64,000 nt of DNA from the human T2T-CHM13v2.0 reference genome, Homo sapiens: the NCBI RefSeq assembly GCF_009914755.1, contig NC_060925.1. One strand, 5' to 3'. The position numbers and the translations under genes were made by a program. The notes beneath the pieces were generated by a model. The model had not been told where the DNA came from. It saw only the letters and a program-made list of their open reading frames with translations, and searched no databases. This document shows, piece after piece, positions 53,085 to 64,000 of this stretch (positions within the stretch are counted from its first letter, which is position 1; each line of letters opens with the position of its first letter).

Positions 53085-53252
53085 TCTAACTTGTCTGAAT
53101 ATGGAATCAGCTGGAGAGATTCTGTAAATTACCAGTCCCATTCCACCCCTGAGATTCTAATTTCATCGGTCTGATTTCATTGCAGCCTGGTCGTTGGGAT
53201 GTTTAAAACTCTCCCTGGGAATTCCAATGTGCAGCCAAGTTTGCAACTACAC
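53085..53252. mobile_element. MER5-like hAT-Charlie relic
   Basis: GAGATTCTAATTT..GGTCTG and ATTCCAATGTGCAGCCAAGTTTG blocks. Confidence 0.6.
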
Positions 53253-53816
53253 GGAGCCAGGTTAGTGGTGCGGTCAGCATGGTGATAATTGGGCTCATGA
53301 ACCCATGACCTCAGCTTCATCAGGAGACCCACTGTAAGTACTGGCCCAACAGGAGGGAAAGGAGCTGAGTCAGATGATACCACTGAGGGGCATGAGCAAA
53401 TGAAAAAACAGGAACCCAGCCGTGAAGCTGGGCCTGAGTGTTGGAGATGCCACTATAGAGACCCTGGTCTTAGCAATCCAGACTTTTCCCCAGTAGAAGG
53501 GAGAGGCAAAGATTATCCTGGCCGGGACTGTGTAAGGACTTTGAAGGTTGGCCGTCCATCTCACCCTGCTGTTTCCCTCCTTCTCTGCAGAACAGCCATT
53601 CACCTGAATGTTCCAGGCTTTTGGTTAACAACCCCTGGTCTTTTATACCCATTCACACTCAAAATCAGGGGGAATTCCTTGAAATGGTTAAAATGCAAAA
53701 GTGAAATTTAGAAGCCCTATGAATGAAACAACAATCCAACAAAAAATTCCCAACACTTTAAGCAAATGCTTTTCAGGCAGAGCCTTCAAATTGCTACTGT
53801 CCTACTATCTTCTGGA

Positions 53817-53818
<2 letters not shown>

Positions 53819-53853
<35 letters not shown>
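53819..53853 (+). repeat. (TG)n microsatellite
   Basis: About 17 TG units. Confidence 0.98.
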
Positions 53854-53858
<5 letters not shown>

Positions 53859-54439
53859 AACAGGTGAAGCAGCAACAATAAGGTAGCCTACTTCAGGTCT
53901 GGCACCTGTTTTCACTGCTGTCATGCCCTCTTCACTGAGATCCTGACTTAAATATGTACACATGTGAATGCTGATTTCTTAGCATGAATTTTAACTCAGC
54001 TCCTGCTCGAGCATCAATGATTCCCAATTCCCATCAGAGTGAATGGCCCCTTCCTGGTCTCTGCAGTCAGTCCTCTGAAGCTGCTCAGCTGCACCCCTGG
54101 CAGCTGAGGGGCCAACTCTGACTCCCAAGAAGGTGACCTCTGTCTCCCTTCCAGGGCCAGAGATGCAACATCACACACACACTGCCTTTGGAACGTGTGA
54201 TTAAGCTTTTGGCTGCCAGTAGCCTGACAGCTTCCAGCAGCCTTGTCTGCCACTGTGTCCGCTTCTCTGTGCCAAAGTCACTGAAACAAAGGGACTGCAG
54301 ATGTTGCTGTGAAGTCCTTCCGATTCTCCAGGACAGAGGAAAGCACTACATTGGGTGGGGGGTGGAGTGGGGATGATGGACTGTGGGAAACCTGCATGAT
54401 GGGCGTCAAACAATAAAAATGAAGCTTATTTTCTTCATA

Positions 54440-54890
54440 GCACTTGCTGCCATAGAGATACATTTGTTTCTGTGTCCCTCTCACTGGAATGTAAACTCCC
54501 TGAAAGCAAGGACTTGGCTTATTGCTGTATCCCAAGAGCCTGACACAGTGCCTGGCACATGGTAGACACTCAATAGATGTTTGAGATAGGGAGGGAAGTG
54601 GGGGGGAGGCAGAAAGGGAGGGAGGCAGAAAGGGAGGGAAGGAAGGAGCAAGGAAGGAAGGGAGGGAGGGAGGGAGGGACATAGACTGTGGAGTTGGATA
54701 GACTTGGCTTTAATCCTTTCTGTAGCAATTCTAGCTGTGTAAAAATACGCGAGTGAGTCATATTTATTTTCTTTGAGTCTCTTTCTTCATCATAGTACCA
54801 ATTAACAGGGCTGGGGTAGAGAGTGATACATGTAAGGTTGCTAGCACTATTGGCAATCAAAATATGAGAGCTACTTATTTACATTGTGAG
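54440..54890. mobile_element. L2 3' end, GA-rich low-complexity tract and MIR relic
   Basis: AATGTAAACTCCCTGAAAGCAAGGAC..CACAGTGCCTGGCACATGGTAGACACTCAATA; GGA-rich tract 54588-54678. Confidence 0.7.
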
Positions 54891-55683
54891 TATTGCTACT
54901 ACTGATATTATTAGTTCTGGACATTACTAATGATGTGAGCACTGGCCTTTCATCAGAGATTACTGGATAAGGAACATTTACCGTCTTGTCTCTGCTCATT
55001 GTGCTAAAGTTCCTTCTTTATCCAACACTTTCTCCTGTTTTCCCAATTTAGTGAAAGGATTAATCTTTTCACTCTCATTCTTCCTGTTTTGTTTCCCATA
55101 ATATGGGTCCCATCCTTCCTCATGAGATGGGTATCTCAGCAATTGAGCCCACCCCACCCACATATTTGACCCTGATCCAAGACCCTCATTTCTGGGAATG
55201 AACCCCAGATCAGCCATGATAGAGGACAGCCTGGTTTTATCTTTTTGCTTCTGAGCAGGATCCAACAATTCTCATAAAATTTTCCCCAGCCTGTTCAGTG
55301 GAATTGTCAAAGCATCATTTTCAAAAAGTGAAAACATGATTCTTATATAAGTCTATAGGGAGTGTGTATAAAGATCTGTTTACTTCACAAAAGAAAGAAC
55401 CAGAGGATGGTAAAGCTGTTTGAAAAGAGAATTGGAAGGAGAAAGATTTGGATAGACCATCAGAAACAGCATGCTGACATAAGTTTGCTAATTTGGAAAC
55501 CTCACTCGTTAATGTCCTGTAGAGCAATAAAATCTTTTTACAGGACAAAAATCATTTGTATCTCTACCAGACAAAAATTAACATGTAACTTGGCAGAGTC
55601 TGGGCCCTAATCAATAGTAAATAGTAAGTCAAACAAAAGTACATTCCCTTAGAGAGTTAAAAAAAGCTTTGGTGGTTTGTTAG

Positions 55684-56111
<428 letters not shown>

Positions 56112-56643
56112 TAAAATACTATTATGTTCTAGATGTCTGATGCTGTCAATTCTCAATGGCCAGAAGAGGGCATCTGCCCAGATCAGTTCAGGTGTCTATC
56201 CCTGGTCCGATCGCCTGTGCCCAGGGTAGCATATCAGGTACACAGGGCTGTTTCTTCCCTGCTATTGGTAGAATAGCTTTTCCAAGAAGGGGATAGGCTG
56301 GAATGGAAGAAAAGAGTCCAAAGAGGAAGGAACCACAACAGAAAGAGAATTGCTTTCCTTTCAGTTGTGAGAGCACCAGCTTAATGCCTCTTCCACATTT
56401 GCCCAGCAGAGGAAATGTTTGGGCCGAATGACAGAAAACCTAGGGTAGCCTTTTTGGTGCCTCCTGACAATCACAGAAGCAGGCTGGGATCCTACCCAGG
56501 TATGGCAGAGCAAGTGAGCCCACCTAGGTGGGAATCCTTACCCTCCTAATCCTGCAGGTTCACTTCACAATCTTGTGTAGACCTTAAACCGTTGTTTAGA
56601 CAGTTATATGAAATGGGGTATTTTCTGGAGAAAAGGACAGTGA

Positions 56644-56958
<315 letters not shown>

Positions 56959-57792
56959 GGGGATTTCTAAGTCCACTTGGCTCTCTCCCCTCTGGGCCTC
57001 AATGGGCAGCATTTTATCTGTAGCCTTTTTATCTTATAATAGTTTAACTAATGGATCTATTTTGAGTAAGGGATATGTACAAATTCTTTTGTGATTCCAG
57101 GAGGAGATGAGAGGTACAAAGTGCAATTATAAAATTATCATTGTCACCATTATCTCCAATCAGCACATCATTCACAGTGACAGTTCTAAGAGCTTTATAT
57201 GGGAAAAGTGTAATCTATTGCAAATAGAGGGCCATCATTACTGCTCTTAGGCTCCCTTTAGGATTAGGGATGCAGGTTATCATCTAGGTCCTGCGGTCTC
57301 CTAGAGAGAGCAGGGAGCACCATCTCCATTAGTTGAAAGAAAGAAACGTAAATGTTATGAGATGAGACTAGGGCAATGACTCCCTGTTCTTGAGAAAACG
57401 AGTCAATTCAGTGTCGAAGAAAAACTCAGTAAGCTTTGATGCCTTGTTCTTAACCTACAAACTTGGTAGAGCCACAGAAAGAACATGGAGCAAAATGAAG
57501 AAATGGTTTAGTTCCTCTAAGGATCCTTTCATACTTAGGCATTGCTTAATCCAGTTGACTGATTTTTCAAAGAATCTTGCCATATCTGATTTGAAAGCAC
57601 ACAAAGTAGGTGGCTACTTCACGCCTCATCTCTTGGCTCTAGGATCATATTGGGATCAGGCTTTGGGATCAGGTTCTTTGCAGATCAGAAATGGCATAGG
57701 GGAGTGTACCGGGAATCAGACAAACCTAAGCACACATCCAGATTCTGCCATTTTTTTTTTTTTTTAGCTGTGTGGGAAAATCTCTTTGCTAC

Positions 57793-58500
<708 letters not shown>

Positions 58501-60384
58501 ACTACTTTGAGTCTCACCTTTCCTTATTTGGAAAAATATTTCCATTGAAGTGTTATGGTGAAGATTCAATACAATTAAATGATATAACATATGTAAAGGG
58601 CTTAGCAATAACCCAATGGCTAATAAGCAGCCAAGGAGTGGTAGCTCTCAGTATAGTCAGCCTCTAAGAAGAGATCAAATGTTTATTTTCAAGAAGAATT
58701 ATGCAGAAAGGGCCACTTTCAGTCTACCATCCCCCCAAATTCCTTGAAGGCAGGATGATGTGAGCAGCAAGGGCATGAAATACTACAGAACCTGCAGGGA
58801 ATGAAGTCCCTCTGTCTGTGTGTGCCTATATCAATAATTTAAACTTACACATTCATGAGATGCACTGTGTTTATTAGGATGTACATGTGTCCCTAAGAAT
58901 CTGAGAGTTCCTGAGAGACAGAGACGGTGTCTTACTCATCTGCTCTCCCCAGGTCCTGGCTTACTATCTGGCACTTATTGGGTAATAAATGTCTGTTGAA
59001 TGCATGGAAAAAGAAAGGTAGGAAAGGTATGAAGGAGAAGATGGAGGTCATGACCAGTAGAAATCTCAGCTGTTCTGCCTGGGCTCCATGTCATCTCCCT
59101 GCTATCAGGCCCATCAGAATGTAAGCACAAATGCCTAGAGAATGACAAGCTTCTTTGGGACTCTGCTGACTAGACATGACATAAGACTGGACAGCTCCTG
59201 GGGAACTTCCAAGAGCTGGCTCCAGGAGCTGCTGGCTTGGCTGCCTCTCTCCCTTCCTTATTTCCAAGATTGGTCACCTCCTGCTCTGAAATAGCAATTG
59301 ATTTTCAGACATGAGTTGATAGAGCCATGATTTTCTAATACTGTTCCAAAGGGGCTAAAGTACCTCTGAGGAGCAGTGCAGGCTAGGATCAAACTCTCCC
59401 TACCTTCCACTCCACTCCCTACCTTGCCCCTCCACCTCTGCCCACTTTCTATTTCCTCAGGCACAGCAGCTTCTACCTTATGGATTACAAATTCTGGTCA
59501 TCCATCTATGGTTGAATTAGGAAAAGAGTACTGCTACTTTCATTTTCTTTTCTAACCACTGCCCTAGAAGAATAACACCTCACATTCTCTGGTAGACTGA
59601 AGCCTGCAGCTGCAAGGATGCTCAGAAAACCAGACTTCTATTCATTGGCCACTTGCTGAACTTTCTGTCCCTCTATCCTTGCAACGTACCTTTGAGGTAG
59701 GCATAAAAATCCCCATTTACAAGTGAGAAAACCAAGGCAGAAGAGGTTCAGTTTATTTCAGGCTCAAATGTGCTTCCAATAGCTTATAGCCTCTACAGCT
59801 AGTGTTTGAACCCAGGTCTGAAAGAAATAGGATTGACAAGGGGAGGGAAAGGAGGAACAGAAATTCTTTTCTATAAGACAATTGTTTATGCAGCCAGGAT
59901 TTCTTAAAATCCAGTTTGTGCCTACGGACATAATCTTTGAATTTGCTTTGTTTCTCGATGAATAACTTGGAAGCTATTCAAATAACTTGGAAGCTTCCTT
60001 TAAAAGGAACATCAGGAGGTGATTTTTGACTAACCCTAGGTGTACTTTCTGAGCCAAATAGATTTTCAAATAAGAAAATGAGAGGACGTGAGCTTGAGGA
60101 AAATGATAGGCATTCCAACCTCACCTGCTTGCTGACGACCTCCACGTGATTTCAACAATGATTTCAAATATTTCACTTTTTAAGTCAGTGTGACTTAAGT
60201 ATGAAATTGCCTCTCCCTAAAGCTCCCCTAAGGCCTAAACAGTCATCATTACCATAGCTGTGACAGGGAGACTGTTGAATTTATGATCTATTGGCCATTC
60301 ACAGCATAGCGTATAAACCTAGCTCGTGATTTCTTTGCAATAGAAGTGCACTTTTTCATCATATTCCCTTCACAACTTACTCAC

Positions 60385-60476
60385 CAGATCAGACTTTGAG
60401 CTCTCCTCCAGGCTGGTTTAGCCTGGATCATTTGAAATGGTCATCCATCCTTTGGCCCCAATACCTAAACTAAGGT
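60385..60476 (-). other. Candidate 92-nt non-coding exon
   Basis: Minus-strand acceptor TCTTATTGTTCATAG| and donor CTG|GTGAGT; resembles, from memory only, an exon of duplicon-derived lncRNAs. Confidence 0.45.
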
Positions 60477-61451
60477 CTATGAACAATAAGATGATTTTCT
60501 TCAGTGGGACTTTTTTGTTTAATATAATATTAGATAATTCCCCTGATACAGGGCTCAATCTTTTTCTTTTTAAAGCAATATTTCTCAAAGTACTTTTCAC
60601 AGAACTTAAGTTTCATTAAGCACTTCACTAAAAGAAAAGTCTGTGATCTAATAAATCTGGAAAATATTGAGAATTAGAGCCCCCTCTTAGATATGTACTG
60701 TAGCTACTCAGCTTGTTACAGATGAAGTAAACATTGTAATATTCACCCAGCTTTTGAGTGATGTCTATTAACGTCACCCAAATGAGTATTCCACGGAATG
60801 CACTTTGCAAAAACCTATTATTCAAGAAAATTCTGGAGCATGAAAGCTATTAACGATAAACCCATTCACAAAATCACACCAAATATCTAAAATCAAGTTT
60901 AAAATCTCCTAGAAATGGGTTGAATTGCCCACTTCAGAGACAAAGTGATTCTTTTGTAATAACGAGTTTTGTTTAGTGAGTACTTATTATCTCACTGAAT
61001 CCTGAGGACTACCTCACAAGGTAAGTATAGCTCTTTTCATTACACATGACAGACAAGGCTCAGAGAGGTTAAGTAACTTGCTCAAGATCACAAAACTGCA
61101 GAGTGACAAAACTAGAATTTTGAATCTAAGCTCAAAGGGTCACCAAACCAAATTCGGGTCCACCCACCCAGCCTATCAAAGTCAAGCACTGATATCGGCA
61201 TTGCTGAGACAGAAGTTGAGGAATTTATTGCAGGCAGCAAGCAAGGAGTATCAGGCAGCTAATCCTTAAGGCCTAATCTCCCTGATGGCTTATGTGTAAG
61301 GGTTTTTAAAGGTGGGAAGGCAGAGGTTGCAGGCAAGGTCATACAATACATGGAGGCTACATATTGGTTTGGCCAAAAAAGGCAAAATATCTCAAAGTGA
61401 GGGCCCACAGGATAGGTGAACATTAGATGAATTCAAAGATTTTCTGATTTG

Positions 61452-61803
<352 letters not shown>

Positions 61804-62054
61804 TCAGCAGAAAGGAATGTTCTGCTCTGGCCTGTGGGTGTGACTTCCTCCAGGTCCCTCAGAAAGAAATTTAGAACAAAGAACAGTTGTGAGAGTTCAG
61901 TCCTCAGTTCCTCCTTATCTGAGATCTACGAGCCAACAGGTGGTATTTTCCATTTAGCGGGGTCTGGATTTCTACAAAACAACTCAGGGACATATGTTAA
62001 GATGTTATCTCTAGTTTCTATAGGGAAACAAACATTTTGTGGCTCTAATTTTCT

Positions 62055-62171
62055 TTTTTTTTAATTATACTTTAAGTTTTAGGTACATGTGCACAACGTG
62101 CAGGTCTGTTACGTATGTATACATGTACCATGTTGGTGTGCTGCACCCATTAACTCGTCATTTAAGATTAG
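62055..62171 (-). mobile_element. 117-bp 3' terminus of L1PA (L1PA3-5-like)
   Basis: ATTATACTTTAAGTTTTAGGTACATGTGCACAACGTGCAGG..GCACCCATTAACTCGTCATTTA; 19-bp TSD TT(T/C)GTGGCTCTAATTTTCT at 62036-62054 and 62172-62190. Confidence 0.93.
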
Positions 62172-63327
62172 TTCGTGGCTCTAATTTTCTTGACTATTGT
62201 TTTAAGCTATTATTACCTTCTTACTTATCAGGGTGCTCATCTACTTCTTGAGGCTAGCCAGGTGGCTGGAATTTTCCTTGGAGGGACTCAAGAGTTTCCT
62301 TTATTTTTCGTGCCTTAAATGGGTCTGTTCTCCCTCTTCAAAGCTCAAGCTCTTAAGGACTATGCTATTGTTAGATTTTTCGTATTGGAGCAGACCTTCC
62401 CTCCTACTCAAGAACACCCCTTCTTCAGACAGCCTGGCTGGGTCTTCATCCTGGGAGAGCTCATGAAACACAAACCAGATCTTGGCCCTCACGTGTGTCT
62501 AGGCAGAGCGGAGCCTGGGCAACACCAAGCGTGCCCCCGATTTTGCCTGCCCCAGCCAATTCGGAGTCAAGATCCACGCTCAGCTCCTTCCCTGCAAAGT
62601 GCTAATGATGAAGCATGGGGATCAAGTCAGCAAACTCCAGAAATGGTCTTAGACTAGGAGTCAAGCCTTGAGATCCTATTACACACCAGATTCATTCCCT
62701 GATTAGAGCTGCTGGATTCTTTTACTCTCACTGCACTCATGCTAAAGTTTCTTTCCTCCAGCCTCCTAACCCCAGAGGAGGCTGAGCCATGATACCCATT
62801 GTCAAGCAATACATATTTAAGGAGCCCCTGAGATATGTCAGGCACCATCGTAGGTGCTGGGACAAGTGAATGTGACCAGGAAAGTCCCTCCCCTCTCAGA
62901 GGTTCTTTTCAAGTTGGAGGACAGCAAATACAGAAATATAGAGTCTAACATAACAACAGGGAGTAATAAACACTTTGAAGAAAAATAAAGTGGAATAAGA
63001 GGGTAGGGTTGCCATAGGGTTCTCTGGGCAGTCTTCTATGGGAAGGCCACTTGTTTGGGCAGAGAAACAAAAGATGTCTGAAAGGAGGACTACGGGCCCC
63101 CCATAAGTGTGCTCCGGTCCGCGCACAGGGCAATGGGCATGTAATTTCCTATGATTAAGACCTACAGTATGTACAATATTACTGCAACAGACACTGAGAC
63201 TCACTTAGCATTGTTTCATAGCATCCGAGTTGCTCTGTTGGAGGAAAGTGCATGTGATGGGCATTCATTTGCTTCTGCCATCAGACAGATTCTCTACCTT
63301 TGTCCTTCCTACAAGATTCCCTAGGAA

Positions 63328-63637
63328 GGCAGGGCTCAGTGGCTCACGCCTATAATCCCAGCAATTTGGGAGTCCGAGGCAGTCAGATCACAAGGTCAGG
63401 AGTTCAAGACCAGCTTGGCCAACATGGTGAAACCCCGTCTCTACTAAAAATACAAAAATTAGCTGGGCATGGTGGCACATGCCTGTAATCCCAGCTACTC
63501 AGGAGGCTGAGGCAGGAGAATTGCTTGAACAGGGACCCGGGAGGCAGAAGTTGCAGTGAGCCAAGATCGCATCACTGCACTCCAGCCTGGGCTACAGAGT
63601 GAGACTCTGTCTCATAAATAAATAATAAATAAATAAA
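63328..63637 (+). mobile_element. AluSg-class element with 7-nt insertion in the right monomer
   Basis: TTGAACAGGGACCCGGGAGG; (TAAA)n tail; TSD GATTCCCTAGGAAG. Confidence 0.92.
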
Positions 63638-64000
63638 TGATTCCCTAGGAAGCTGACTCCCACTGAATGTGCCACTCAGGAGTCCCTCCTCTCTAGATTA
63701 CAGTTGAGTTTGCTCAATGCAAGGCCCCAGCAGAAATGTTGGAAGTAAGAGCAAATAGATAGTTAACCACTCTTTAAAACAACAATGGATGTATACTTCT
63801 CTGGCCTCAGCTCCTGTGGGGAAGCTCCAGTGCCAGTCCCTGGGGGCTTCACCATTTTCAGTTAGTTCCTGAACCTTGTAAACAGACCCTTCACTAAATT
63901 CTTCCTAGTTAACCCTTTGAGAATGAAACCATTTCCTGCCAGGACTCTGACAGATGCAAAGAACCCACAGCCGACTGCTGGGTGCGCAGCAGACCTAGTG

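Overview
Primate (human or other catarrhine) non-coding genomic DNA, roughly half interspersed repeats. I see no supportable protein-coding exon, tRNA, rRNA or CRISPR array. It contains a near-full-length old L1 (1-7575, interrupted by two Alus and a ~620-bp GAAA-based purine tract), a processed RPL41 pseudogene (28034-28415), about 39 Alu elements or fragments, about 10 solo LTRs (MLT1, MSTA, LTR26-, LTR47-, LTR9-, MER4A-, MER39-like), older L1M/MIR/L2/MER relics, and three candidate minus-strand non-coding exons. Repeat subfamily names come from my recall of consensus sequences and need RepeatMasker confirmation. Most unusual: (i) a ~1.1-kb quasi-palindrome built inside one MLT1F LTR by inverted duplication with template switches (35626-36740); (ii) a 98-unit GAAA array grown from an AluSp tail; (iii) an internally deleted short Alu with its own target-site duplication; (iv) an LTR9-like element with an intact SOX-OCT motif; (v) several templated micro-insertions. 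From memory only (unverified), the right third resembles the multi-copy ALG1L/FAM86/ENPP7P/OR7E-associated segmental duplication, and the locus could be the RPL41P5 region at 12q22. I found no convincing evidence of a new multi-gene biological system.
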